Under the pieces are notes generated by a model. The model was not told the origin of the DNA. It saw only the letters and a list, made by a program, of their open reading frames with translations, and searched no databases. Positions 9,303 to 19,146 of a stretch of DNA of 64,000 nucleotides are shown in pieces. The position numbers and the translations under genes are program-made. Source of the DNA: a bacterium (GTDB lineage Bacteria; UBA8248); the NCBI GenBank assembly GCA_965218885.1, contig OZ244713.1, positions 2,800,769 through 2,864,768 on the forward strand, written 5' to 3'. Within the stretch, counting starts at the first letter, position 1, and each line of letters starts with the position of its first letter.

Positions 9303-10066
9303 GGGAGTTCCACCTCGCCGGAGTTTATCCTCTCGATCGACCCGTCGGGCTTTTCGAGGAGCAGGCAGCCCGCCTCGTCAATCCCGTTGTTTTTTCCAAC
9401 AAACTTCTCATCCCCGACGCGAACGGACATCATCTCGCCTATATTATCGCATAAATGAAGCCACTGGCTCCGGATTCCACCGAAACCGCTTGTTTCATAT
9501 TCCTTGAGCCGGGAGGCGATGCGCCCTAGAAGAAGATGGAGAAGATGCTCCGCGTCAGGAACCCGTCCTCCCGAGAGAAGAACCGAGGATGCTGTTTCTC
9601 GCAGTTCGGGAGGAAAATCGCCCCGCTGCGTCGTGAGGTTGACGCCTAAGCCTGCGACGACGGCGGCGGGCTGATTCGGGAGGCTGATATATTCGCAGAG
9701 GATTCCGCCGATTTTTTTTCCGTCCACCCTCAAATCGTTCGGCCATTTGAGCCCGATGCGGAGGCCCGTCGCCTCTGCGAGTCCTTCCGCGACGGTGACG
9801 CCGAGTAAAAGCGTCAGGAGGGATGAAATTCCGGTTTCGCCATCCGGACGAAGCAGAGCCGAGAAGTAGAGTCCGCTCCCCGGCGGTGAAAACCAGGAGC
9901 GTCCCTGCCGTCCTCTTCCTTTGGTTTGGGATATCGCCCGTACGACGAGGCCGCTCGCTTCGCCTTCTCGCGCACGGGCCGAAACCAGATCGTTTGTGGA
10001 ACTCGCCTCGTCAATCGTTTCGATGCGCCAGTTCAGCGTCTTATCGTAGGCGCCGGTGGAGTGCAT
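9299..10066 (-). CDS. birA: Biotin-[acetyl-CoA carboxylase] ligase (no N-terminal HTH)
   Basis: SSTND, QTKGRGRQGRSW, KWPNDL, KKIGGIL. Confidence 0.95.
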   Translation of the reverse strand: MHSTGAYDKTLNWRIETIDEASSTNDLVSARAREGEASGLVVRAISQTKGRGRQGRSWFSPPGSGLYFSALLRPDGETGISSLLTLLLGVTVAEGLAEATGLRIGLKWPNDLRVDGKKIGGILCEYISLPNQPAAVVAGLGVNLTTQRGDFPPELRETASSVLLSGGRVPDAEHLLHLLLGRIASRLKEYETSGFGGIRSQWLHLCDNIGEMMSVRVGDEKFVGKNNGIDEAGCLLLEKPDGSIERINSGEVELP

Positions 10067-12688
10067 CTAGTTCTGAAACTCTGCGATGCGCTCTGCGCTC
10101 TCGCGGAGTTTTTGTGCGCGCTCCTGGGTCTCGCGCAAACGGGTTTTGTCCTTTTCCACGATTGCAGCGGGCGCGCGTTCGATGAAGGAGGGGTTGGTGA
10201 GCTTTTTCTCCAGACTCGCTATCGTATCGCTTGCGTCGGCGATTTGTTTGTCGAGACGCTTCAGTTCTTCTTCGATGTCGATGAGGCCGCCGATGGGGAC
10301 GAACGCCTGACCATAGCCGAAAACGGTGTGGGCCGACGCCTTGGGCCGCTCCACGTCGGGGCCGACCTTCCAGTCGGGCGAGAGCTTCGCCAGTCTCCGT
10401 ATCCATTCGGATTCGCGCATGATGATGTCGAGTTTCTTGGAGTCGTGCACCTGAATGTGCGCCTCCATCTGCTTGTTGGGGGAAATGTTCAACTCTCCCC
10501 GTATGTTCCTGATGCCGCCGATCATGTCCATCAGGGCCTCGAATTCCGCTTCCGCTTCGGGGTCGTCCCACCCATCTTGGGTTTTCGGCCATTCGGCCAT
10601 CATGATGCTCTCGCCCTTGCGGTTCGGAAGTTTCTGCCAGATCTCCTCGGTGATGAAGGGGATGATCGGGTGCAGGAGGCGAAGCGTGCGCTCTAGAACT
10701 TCGGCGAGCACCGCGCGGCTCTCGTCGCCGCGCTCATCCGAGGTGAGGGCGGGTTTGATGACTTCCAAGTACCAGTCGCACAATTCATGCCATGTGAAAT
10801 GGTACAGCGCCAGCGCGGCGTCGTTGAAGCGGTATTCCTCGAGCGCCTCCTCCACCTGGCGCGTCACGCCGTTTAAGCGGCTCAATATCCATCTGTCACC
10901 GAGAGAGAGCGCCTCTCTGGGCGGCATGGGTGGAACTTGCTCGCCCAGATTCATCAGGGTGAAGCGGGCCGCGTTCCAGATTTTGTTGCAGAAATTCCGG
11001 TATCCGGCGATTCGCTCCATGGACAGGCGTATGTCGCGCCCCTGGGCGGCCATGGCGGTGAGCGTGAACCGCAGCGAATCCGTGCCGTATTCCTCGATGA
11101 TCTCCAGCGGATCGATAATGTTTCCCCGCGTCTTGCTCATCTTTTGTCCCTGCTCATCCCGCACGAGGGCGTGAATGTAGACGTCGCGGAAGGGGACGTC
11201 GTCCATGAACTTGAGTCCCGTCATGATCATTCTGGCGACCCAGAAGAAGATGATGTCGAAGCCCGTGACCAGAACGGACGTGGGGTAGAAGTATTTCAGG
11301 TCGGGATTGTCGTCCGGCCAGCCGAACGTCGAAAAAGGCCACAGTGCGGAACTGAACCAGGTGTCGAGCACGTCGGTTTCGCGCCTTAGGTTCGGGTCGT
11401 CGGGCTCTTCGCGCGAGACGATGACCTCTCCGGTTTCGTCGTTGTACCAGGCGGGTATCTGGTGGCCCCACCAAATCTGGCGGCTGATGCACCAATCTCG
11501 AATGTTGCGCATCCACTCGAAATAGGTGGATTCCCACTGTTTGGGAATGATTTTGATGCGTCCGTCCTCGACGGCGCGAATCGATTCCTCCGCCAGCGGT
11601 TTCGCGCGCACGAACCATTGTTTCGAGAGATATGGCTCCACCACCGTGCCGCAGCGGTAGCATCCACCTATGGCGTGGCGATGGGCTTCCACCCCGCGCA
11701 TCAACCCTTGCGCTTCCATGTCCGAGAGGATGCGCTTCCGCGCCTCGAACCTGTCCAGTCCCTCATAAGGTCCTCCGTTTTCGTTGATCTTCGCATCCGG
11801 GGTGAGGATGTTGATTTGCGGCAGGTCGTTTCTGAGGCCCGCCTCGAAATCGTTCGGGTCGTGCGCGGGCGTGACCTTCACGGCGCCGGAGCCGAACGCG
11901 GCGTCCACGAAAGAATCCGCGATGACGGGGATTTTTCTGTCCAGAAGCGGTAGGCGGAGATGTTCGCCCACGAGGTCCTTGTATCTCTCGTCATCGGGAT
12001 GAACGGCCACGGCCGTGTCGCCCAGCATGGTCTCGGGGCGCGTCGTCGCGATGGTGACGCCATCCCCGCCGTCCCAGAGCGGATAATGGAATTCCCAGAG
12101 GTGGCCGTCCTGATCTTCGTGCTCGACTTCCAGGTCCGAGACGGCCGTCTCGCATCTCGGGCACCAGTTCACCAGATAATTGTCGCGGTAAATCAGCCCC
12201 TCCTCAAAGAGCCTCACGAAGGCTTCGCGCACGGCGCGGGAGAGTCCCTCGTCCATCGTGAATCGCTCGCGCTCCCAGTCGCACGAAGCACCCAGGCGGT
12301 GAAGCTGGCGAATGATGGTACCGCCGCTCTCGGCTTTCCACTTCCAGACTCGCTCGATGAATTTCTCACGCCCCAGGGATTCGCGGGAGAGGTTCTCCTC
12401 GGCGAGCTGGCGCTCCACCACGTTCTGGGTGGCGATGCCCGCATGGTCGGTGCCCGGCATCCAGCAGACGCTCAGGCCGCTCATGCGCTTCCAGCGAACC
12501 AGGATGTCCTGCAAGGCGTTGTTCAGGGCGTGGCCCATGTGCAGGGAGCCCGTCACGTTCGGTGGCGGGATGACGATGGAATACGGTTCTTGGCTCTCGC
12601 TGGGCGCGCCGTGAAAATATCCGCGCTTCAGCCATTCGGCATACCAGCGATCTTCGGCCCCTTTCGGGTCGTAACGAGGTTCCAGCAA
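10067..12688 (-). CDS. valS: Valine--tRNA ligase
   Basis: PPPNVTGSLHMGH (HIGH-like), DHAGIATQ, KMSKT, C-terminal coiled-coil arm. Confidence 0.99.
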   Translation of the reverse strand: MLEPRYDPKGAEDRWYAEWLKRGYFHGAPSESQEPYSIVIPPPNVTGSLHMGHALNNALQDILVRWKRMSGLSVCWMPGTDHAGIATQNVVERQLAEENLSRESLGREKFIERVWKWKAESGGTIIRQLHRLGASCDWERERFTMDEGLSRAVREAFVRLFEEGLIYRDNYLVNWCPRCETAVSDLEVEHEDQDGHLWEFHYPLWDGGDGVTIATTRPETMLGDTAVAVHPDDERYKDLVGEHLRLPLLDRKIPVIADSFVDAAFGSGAVKVTPAHDPNDFEAGLRNDLPQINILTPDAKINENGGPYEGLDRFEARKRILSDMEAQGLMRGVEAHRHAIGGCYRCGTVVEPYLSKQWFVRAKPLAEESIRAVEDGRIKIIPKQWESTYFEWMRNIRDWCISRQIWWGHQIPAWYNDETGEVIVSREEPDDPNLRRETDVLDTWFSSALWPFSTFGWPDDNPDLKYFYPTSVLVTGFDIIFFWVARMIMTGLKFMDDVPFRDVYIHALVRDEQGQKMSKTRGNIIDPLEIIEEYGTDSLRFTLTAMAAQGRDIRLSMERIAGYRNFCNKIWNAARFTLMNLGEQVPPMPPREALSLGDRWILSRLNGVTRQVEEALEEYRFNDAALALYHFTWHELCDWYLEVIKPALTSDERGDESRAVLAEVLERTLRLLHPIIPFITEEIWQKLPNRKGESIMMAEWPKTQDGWDDPEAEAEFEALMDMIGGIRNIRGELNISPNKQMEAHIQVHDSKKLDIIMRESEWIRRLAKLSPDWKVGPDVERPKASAHTVFGYGQAFVPIGGLIDIEEELKRLDKQIADASDTIASLEKKLTNPSFIERAPAAIVEKDKTRLRETQERAQKLRESAERIAEFQN

Positions 12689-12691
12689 AGG

Positions 12692-13477
12692 TTATTCTCC
12701 GCGTTTGATTTTTTCGATTTCTCTAAGAACGATTTGCTCTACGATATCAGGGAGTTGCGCCACCACGATGGATTCGATGCGGCGCAACAACGTGGGGGCG
12801 ATCTTTTCCGCGGCTTCTTCCAGGTATTTATGGATGATGGGCTCGAGTTTTTCGCTGTCCGGCCCGGGAGCGGAAAAGGGTGGTTGTTCTTCCTCCTCGC
12901 TCGCAGATGGCGCACTCTCTGCGTCGGCGAGAGCCTCTTCCGTTTCTTCGAGCGCTTCTTCCGCAACTGGAGCGGGAGGGGTTTCTTTGGACTCCTCTAC
13001 CCTGTCTTCTGGAGGCGGGGGAGCCTCGTCCGCAGCTTCTGTGTCCATTGTTTTTTCAGGAGAATGTGGTTGCGTCTGCTCCTGGGGTTCCGGGGCCGGC
13101 GCGCGGCCAAACGGGCCGATAATGCGTTCCACTTCCGTGGTGAATACCACCGGCTTGAACGGTTTTTCGATGCTACCTATCGCCTCCACTTCCTGGATTT
13201 CCTCATCACTGACGCTGTTGCGCGTGCTAGTCAAAACGAGAAGAGGAACCCGGGATAATTCCGGTTTTTCGCGCAGGCGTCGACAAAAGTCCAAGCCATC
13301 GGAATTCTCCATGTCCAGGCTGGCAACGACGATGTCCGGCGGCGCATTTCCCGCGATTTCGAGTGCTTCATCGGCATCCTCCGCCATATGTATATCGACT
13401 CTCGTGTTTCTGAAAGCCAATTCCACGACCCGCTGCACCAGAAGGCTTTCGTCGAGGAGAAGTAGGTTGGTCGCCAT
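12692..13477 (-). CDS. RomR-like response regulator (receiver + acidic Pro/Glu linker + conserved C-terminal helix)
   Basis: From ATG 13477: MATNLLLLDES receiver, KPF motif, low-complexity linker, C-terminal IESIVVAQLPDIVEQIVLREIEKIK; immediately upstream of valS. Confidence 0.75.
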   Translation of the reverse strand: MATNLLLLDESLLVQRVVELAFRNTRVDIHMAEDADEALEIAGNAPPDIVVASLDMENSDGLDFCRRLREKPELSRVPLLVLTSTRNSVSDEEIQEVEAIGSIEKPFKPVVFTTEVERIIGPFGRAPAPEPQEQTQPHSPEKTMDTEAADEAPPPPEDRVEESKETPPAPVAEEALEETEEALADAESAPSASEEEEQPPFSAPGPDSEKLEPIIHKYLEEAAEKIAPTLLRRIESIVVAQLPDIVEQIVLREIEKIKRGE

Positions 13478-13633
13478 GTGTTCGGTCCCCGTCCGGGCGT
13501 TCGCTGGATGAGCCGAATGGAGGATAAGAATCAGGAGTCTGCGCTTAAATATCTCTAGAACTTTTGCGCCTTCTTGCACCAGGCAACTAGTTGACAATCA
13601 TGCCACTACCATAATTCCGGGGTCAACCTGTAT

Positions 13634-14701
13634 CTATTTGCGTTGATATCGATTCACGGCGCGGCGATGTTCGCGGTAAGTGCGGGAAAACCGGTGGCCG
13701 CCGTTCTTGGTGGCCACGAAATACAGATATTTCACTTTGGCGGGGTTCAACGCCGATTTGATGGATTCCAGCCCCGGACTGGCGATAGGGCCCGGGGGGA
13801 GTCCCCGGTAGAGGTAGGTGTTGTAGGGTGAATCGTATCGCAAATCTTTCTTTGTGATGTTTCCATCGAAGTGAGGCAGTCCGTATATGACGGTGGGGTC
13901 GCTTTGAAGGCGCATTCTTCGCTTGAGCCGATTGATGAATACGGCTGCGATGAGCGGGCGCTCACTGCTCAGGGAAGTTTCTTTTTCGATAATCGAGGCC
14001 AGCGTGAGCGTCTGGTGGATGGTGAATCCCATCGTTTTCGCCTGTTTTTTGAGAGCGGGCGAGAATTTTTTCCGCATCGTGCGAACCATGAAGCGCAGGA
14101 TTTTTTTGGCCGAAGCGCCCACCGGGAAATGATAGGTGTCGGGGAACAGATATCCCTCCAGAGAAGCCGCGGTAATGTTCAGTTCTCGAAGAAAAGAAGG
14201 GTCGCGCGAAATTCTGAGAATTTCCCCTGCACTGGCGAGTTTGGCGCGCTGGATCGTTCGGGCGATTTCCCGGGTGTTGTAGCCCTCGGGAATAGTGAGC
14301 GTGCGCCGGGCGACTCTGCCCTCCGATAAATCTCGGTATATCTCTCGTGGCGACTTGGATGCTTTGAGCGCATAGACGCCGGCTTGAATGCTATTGGCGC
14401 CGCCCCTGAGTCTGGCCTGGAGGTGGAACAACCCCGGGTTTCGAATTAAACCGCTTTTATCCAGCAATTCCAGAATCTGGGCGAAGGACATTCCCGAGCG
14501 GACGTGAATGAGCTTCGTTTCATTAGCCTGCGGGTTGGCGGGCCGGTTGAATTCGTCGTCGAGATATTGATAGCCGACAAAAGTGCTCAGGATCATGAGG
14601 GAGAAAAGCGCGACGAGTAATTTCCCGAGCCGCCGCTTTTCGGCGGGAGGCTTTGTTTCCGGCGCATCGCTTTCTTCTGAAAGATTTTCGTTTTCAGCCA
14701 T
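13634..14701 (-). CDS. mltG: Endolytic transglycosylase MltG
   Basis: N-terminal TM, TIPEG, LEGYLFPDTY, LASIIEKET, LQSDPT, SPYNTY, GLPPGPIASPG. Confidence 0.97.
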   Translation of the reverse strand: MAENENLSEESDAPETKPPAEKRRLGKLLVALFSLMILSTFVGYQYLDDEFNRPANPQANETKLIHVRSGMSFAQILELLDKSGLIRNPGLFHLQARLRGGANSIQAGVYALKASKSPREIYRDLSEGRVARRTLTIPEGYNTREIARTIQRAKLASAGEILRISRDPSFLRELNITAASLEGYLFPDTYHFPVGASAKKILRFMVRTMRKKFSPALKKQAKTMGFTIHQTLTLASIIEKETSLSSERPLIAAVFINRLKRRMRLQSDPTVIYGLPHFDGNITKKDLRYDSPYNTYLYRGLPPGPIASPGLESIKSALNPAKVKYLYFVATKNGGHRFSRTYREHRRAVNRYQRK

Positions 14702-15137
14702 GGGAGGTCGGGCGCTTCATGTTCTGATGATCCAGGTACGCCTGTAGAATGAGTTGCGCCGCGATGACGTCGCGCTTTTTTATCTTCCGGCTCGGTTTGG
14801 TTTCCATTTCGTTCAAGATCCGGTCCGCCTGCGTCGTGCTGAGTCGCTCGTCCCATTTTTCGACGGGAATATCGAGATTTTCCCGGAAGAATTTCACGAG
14901 CCTTCTGGTGCGCTTCGCCCTGGACGTATCCCGGTTCGATAGGCCGACGGGGTGTCCCACGACCAGCAGATGAACATCACGCTCACGGATGATGCCGCCC
15001 AACTCGTCGAGCAGTTGCTGATCACTTTGTCTTTCAATGAGGGCGAGCGGTTGGGATGTCAGACCCAGAGAATCGCTGATGGCGAGGCCTACCCGCTTTT
15101 CGCCGAAGTCCATTCCCAAAATTCGGGGATGACTCAT
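14694..15137 (-). CDS. ruvX: Holliday junction resolvase-like RuvX/YqgF
   Basis: ILGMDFGEKRVGLAISD, VVGHP, WDERLST, DVIAAQLILQAYL. Confidence 0.94.
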   Translation of the reverse strand: MSHPRILGMDFGEKRVGLAISDSLGLTSQPLALIERQSDQQLLDELGGIIRERDVHLLVVGHPVGLSNRDTSRAKRTRRLVKFFRENLDIPVEKWDERLSTTQADRILNEMETKPSRKIKKRDVIAAQLILQAYLDHQNMKRPTSHG

Positions 15138-16768
15138 TTTTGGGTTGTTTTCGTTTTGGTTGGTTTTGTCTTGGCCTCGCCGGGATAGAACATTTCGACC
15201 TGGAATCGCTCGAGAGTGGAATGCGTCGCCCTATCCAATGAAGCGAGGGATTTGCGGTAGTCGATGAGCGCCCGGGTTTCTTGCGTCAGGGCGTTGGCCA
15301 GCCTTTCCTGGTCTTCGAGAATGTCTCTGCTCGTCGAGAGGCCGACCTTGAATTTTTTCTCCTGGGCGTCCAGGCGCTCTTCCGCCAGCCTTCTGGCGAC
15401 GCGCGTGGCTTCGATTCTTTTGACGCCCAGGCGAATCCGGCGCGCGCTTCGGTGAACTTTTTCCATGATGGATTGCCGCGTTTGGTGGTAGGAGGCCACC
15501 GTTTTAGCGTAACTGAGTTGCGCCTGGCGGTAGTCCGCCTTCGCTCTCCTGTTTCCGAGGGGAATACGGAACGAGATTCCACCGGAGAAGCTGTATCTCT
15601 TGTTTTTGAATTGCTCCTCGAAGGCCTCCCCCTGGCTTTCCGCGAGAGCGTTGTTGGATGCCGATGCGTTCAGATTGACTTCGGGCAATAGATTTTGTTT
15701 TTTTACTTTCAGGTCGATTTGCCTTTTGTCGACTTCGATGCGGGCTTTTTCCAGTTCCGCGTGCTTGCGCAAGGCATCGAGTATGAGTTGCATCTCATCT
15801 ACATTGACGGCCTGAAACTTCGGCTTTTCGGTCGGTAGAATCTCGATGCCCCAGGAAGAGGGCGTATCCGTGACGTTCAGGAGCATTTTCAGGGTGTCTT
15901 CCCGGTCCTTGACTTGTTGCTGCGTCACGAGAAGGGCTTCTTCCCGGGAGGCGACGGTGGCTTGCGCTTCCGTTATCTCTATCGGGGCGAGAGTGCCGAC
16001 CTCGACTTGAATCTTGTTTCGTCGCAAGAGGTCCTTGGCAAGATCGAGAGATTTTCGCCTGAACTGGAGATTTTCAATGGAGAAGACGAGGTCCCAGTAG
16101 GCTTGTTCAACGGCGTCTATTGTCTCGATGACCCTGGTTCGGTATGTGTGGAGCGTTTGTTCTTTCGTGGCCATGGCCACCTTGATTCTGGCTTGATGGA
16201 GATCGATGCCGAAATTTTTGAGCAAGGGCTGTTCGATGGTGAAAGTGAGACTGGTTTGAAAGTTCGGATCGAAAACATTTTGCGGAGAATTAGACGATTC
16301 TCTAATGCTTCGCAGGATAAGTGAATACTCTGCTCCCGTGATGAGCCTTTGGCGAATGCCGGCCGCTACCCCCAGGGTGTCGGTTTCCCGTATTCCCCCT
16401 GTCCTGTTGAATACGCTGTTCGCCGAGCCGAGCTTGGATTTGCTGATATTCGTGTCCACGACGGCTTGGGGATCGAAGGCGGAGCGTTCTCTGATGACGT
16501 TGCCTTCCGCGATGTCGGGGTCGAACCCGGCGATGGTGATGTCGAAATTGCGCGCAAGGGCGATGCTCACGGCCTCTCGTATGGACAGTGCGAGGCGAGG
16601 ACCCTTGATCGTTGGCGTCGCCACATCGCTGCGCGGACGCTCGAAAGAAGTTTCCGCAGACATAGTGGATTCTGCGGCGGAGGCTACGTCCGCGAGAGGA
16701 GGTGAGGATAAGGAAATGAGAATTGAAAGCGCAATACAATGGCAAGCTAATAATTTGGGCGGTTTCAT
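15134..16768 (-). CDS. TolC family outer-membrane channel
   Basis: Signal peptide, LSIREAVSIALARN, duplicated OEP repeats, [29 protein letters not shown]. Confidence 0.88.
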   Translation of the reverse strand: MKPPKLLACHCIALSILISLSSPPLADVASAAESTMSAETSFERPRSDVATPTIKGPRLALSIREAVSIALARNFDITIAGFDPDIAEGNVIRERSAFDPQAVVDTNISKSKLGSANSVFNRTGGIRETDTLGVAAGIRQRLITGAEYSLILRSIRESSNSPQNVFDPNFQTSLTFTIEQPLLKNFGIDLHQARIKVAMATKEQTLHTYRTRVIETIDAVEQAYWDLVFSIENLQFRRKSLDLAKDLLRRNKIQVEVGTLAPIEITEAQATVASREEALLVTQQQVKDREDTLKMLLNVTDTPSSWGIEILPTEKPKFQAVNVDEMQLILDALRKHAELEKARIEVDKRQIDLKVKKQNLLPEVNLNASASNNALAESQGEAFEEQFKNKRYSFSGGISFRIPLGNRRAKADYRQAQLSYAKTVASYHQTRQSIMEKVHRSARRIRLGVKRIEATRVARRLAEERLDAQEKKFKVGLSTSRDILEDQERLANALTQETRALIDYRKSLASLDRATHSTLERFQVEMFYPGEAKTKPTKTKTTQK

Positions 16769-17067
16769 GAAAAAAATTGCTCCACGTTACTGGCGGCGCA
16801 AAACGCAAATCGCTTTTACCGTGAATCTGCACATCATTCTCGTGGTCCAGTTTTCCGGTTTCTTGAAAAATATACTACTCGTATCGGGGTAAAAAGGGAA
16901 ATGAGTTTTGCTTTCCCATCGATTACCCTTTGTAAATACGGGAGATAGAGCGTCGCCCTTTCTTTTCTTGCGCAAGTGCGTGGCGCTCTGCTAGAAAGAT
17001 TTCTGCAAGTAATCTTCGGTCCGTAGTGGCTTCGTGTAAGGCGAAATTCTTTTGAGGTGAGCGAGCG

Positions 17068-18000
17068 GTGGAAGTTTTTGAGGGAGTAGACGCCTATGAT
17101 TGTGAAGATTCTCCCTCGGTATTGAGCATTGGGAATTTTGACGGTGTTCATCTCGCTCACAGAGAGATTTGCCGATTCATCAAGGAAGAGGCCGCCCGAC
17201 GAGGCGGCCGGAGCGTCATATTGACGTTCGAGCCGCACCCGCTCTCCGTGGTTGCTCCCGAAAGACGCCCCCCCCTGATGACGACCCTCGAAGAGAAGCT
17301 GGCCCGCTTGGAAGCCCAGGATATTGACGCCGTGGTGATTGAGAAATTCACGCCCCGTCTGGCGCAAACCGAGGCGAGGGATTTCGTGGGGCAGATTATC
17401 GGCGAAGGCCTAAAAGCTTCGCTCGTGGCGATCGGCTTCAACTTCCGTTTCGGAAAAGGGCGTGCGGGAAACGTCGAACTCCTGCAGGAAGAGGGAGCGA
17501 ACGCCGGCTTCGAAACACACGTACTGGAACCTTATATGTTCGAGGGGAGACGGGTCAGCAGTACGGAAATACGAAAGCTGTTGTTGGGCGGGGCGGTGGA
17601 GGAGGCCGCTCGCCTGCTGGGGCAGCACCATATGATAGGAGGAAGAGTGGTTCGTGGCGACGGGCGGGGCCGGCAAATCGGCATACCGACGGCCAACGTG
17701 GATTACCCGCCCATCCTGATTCCCGAAAACGGGGTGTACGCCTGTCGGGTGCAGCTCGATGGAAGAGAGGGACTCCGGCATCCCGCCGTGACGAACATCG
17801 GGAATCGACCCACGTTCGATAAAAAAGAAGTGACTCTCGAAACACACTTGCTGGATTGGGAAGAGGATATTTATGGAAAATCCATTCGGGTGGAATTCGT
17901 TTCCCGCTTGCGCGAAGAGAAAAAGTTTTCAGGCCCCCAAGAACTCGTCAAGCAGATTCATTTGGATATGGAAAACGGGCGGAAAAAATTGCTCGGCTAG
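17068..18000 (+). CDS. ribF: Bifunctional riboflavin kinase/FAD synthetase
   Basis: IGNFDGVHLAH, SSTEIR, GRQIGIPTAN, NIGNRPTF, LETHLLD. Confidence 0.97.
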   Translation: MEVFEGVDAYDCEDSPSVLSIGNFDGVHLAHREICRFIKEEAARRGGRSVILTFEPHPLSVVAPERRPPLMTTLEEKLARLEAQDIDAVVIEKFTPRLAQTEARDFVGQIIGEGLKASLVAIGFNFRFGKGRAGNVELLQEEGANAGFETHVLEPYMFEGRRVSSTEIRKLLLGGAVEEAARLLGQHHMIGGRVVRGDGRGRQIGIPTANVDYPPILIPENGVYACRVQLDGREGLRHPAVTNIGNRPTFDKKEVTLETHLLDWEEDIYGKSIRVEFVSRLREEKKFSGPQELVKQIHLDMENGRKKLLG

Positions 18001-18623
18001 ACCAGAATACCCATCAGGCCATCCCATATAAAGAAAACCCCGAAGCCCAGCATCACCCACGCGCAGCCCTGCTCGATTCTCGTCCACCCGGTTTCACCGA
18101 TCATGCGGCTCCCCTGGTTCGATGACCAAGTGATGAAAACGGCCCATATCCCATCCGCCAGCAAGTGAACGACGATCATTCCCGCCAAACCGGCCAACCA
18201 CCCGAATTCGCTCGTTCGCGCGATGAGGTTCGCGCCAATGGTGAGCCACCACAAAACCCAGTAGGGGTTCAGGACCGTGAGCAGGACGCCGCCGGTGAGG
18301 GCGTTGCACCGAAGAACGCTCTTTTGCTCGGGGGCGGCGGTCCTGAAATTTCTGAACACGCCGCTTCCTAGATAAACGAGGACGCCGCCGCCAAGCAAAG
18401 AGACGCCCTCGCGTATCCCCTGGATTTCAAAAAACGGCTGCAATCCGGCGTACAGGGCGATGATGAGCGGGACTTCGGCCAGGGCGTGTCCGAGGGTAAC
18501 CCAGATTCCGGCCCATGGGCTTTGTTTGCCGCGCGCGATGAGAAATGCCGTAAGAGGACCCGGCGACATGACGCCGCTCAGGGAAATGACGGTGATGAAT
18601 CCGTAAAACGCGAGCAGGTTCAT
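17997..18623 (-). CDS. LysE family transporter
   Basis: SPGPL, GHALAEVP, LTVLNPYWVLWW; multiple TM segments. Confidence 0.88.
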   Translation of the reverse strand: MNLLAFYGFITVISLSGVMSPGPLTAFLIARGKQSPWAGIWVTLGHALAEVPLIIALYAGLQPFFEIQGIREGVSLLGGGVLVYLGSGVFRNFRTAAPEQKSVLRCNALTGGVLLTVLNPYWVLWWLTIGANLIARTSEFGWLAGLAGMIVVHLLADGIWAVFITWSSNQGSRMIGETGWTRIEQGCAWVMLGFGVFFIWDGLMGILV

Positions 18624-18865
18624 TTCTTTGGTTCTGGTTCATCGAGCAGGCGGCGCAGTCGCTTGACGTCTAAATGAAATTTGAAAACCTTTGTTTCCCC
18701 TAGATAGCCGACGGGCACTTGCTCACCATACAGGCGCTTTAGTTCCGGGTCTCTATCCACGTCGACCTCATTGATGATGAGGTCCGGAAAATGGCGCATT
18801 ATCGCCGCTTTCGCCTCATGGCATAGATGGCACTCGCTTCGCGTATAGAATGTGATTTTCCGCAT
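18620..18865 (-). CDS. Glutaredoxin-like protein (DUF836 type)
   Basis: FYTRSECHLCHEAK (CxxC), VDVDRDPELKRLYGEQVPV. Confidence 0.85.
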   Translation of the reverse strand: MRKITFYTRSECHLCHEAKAAIMRHFPDLIINEVDVDRDPELKRLYGEQVPVGYLGETKVFKFHLDVKRLRRLLDEPEPKK

Positions 18866-18955
18866 ATCTTCCCAAAGTCTTGTCGGATTCGAGGTTGTTC
18901 TTTCCTCTCGCCACTATATCAAAGACGGGATAGTTTTATTCATCGACTCGAATCC

Positions 18956-18984
18956 TTGACAACGCATCCGCCCCCCGATATAGG
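18956..18984 (+). promoter_or_regulatory. Sigma70 promoter of tRNA-Leu
   Basis: TTGACA-N17-TATAGG about 20 nt before the tRNA. Confidence 0.65.
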
Positions 18985-19004
18985 GGATGACTACCAATCT
19001 TCTC

Positions 19005-19091
19005 GCCGGAGTGGCGGAACTGGTAGACGCGCTAGATTCAGGTTCTAGTGGGCTTCGGCCCGTGGAGGTTCAAGTCCTCTCTCCGGCACCA
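19005..19091 (+). tRNA. tRNA-Leu (anticodon CAG)
   Basis: GCCGGAG acceptor stem pairing with CTCCGGC-ACCA; D loop GGAACTGGTAGAC; anticodon arm CTAGA-TTCAGGT-TCTAG; long variable arm; GGTTCAAGTCC T loop. Confidence 0.97.
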
Positions 19092-19146
19092 TTAAAATAA
19101 TTCTCATTCAGGCGAAGGTTCGCGCTTTCTCAATCCAGGAGGCCTC

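Noticed and set aside
13592-13616. TTGACA...CATAAT promoter between romR and mltG
   Set aside because: The spacer is only 13 nt and it points against the local genes.
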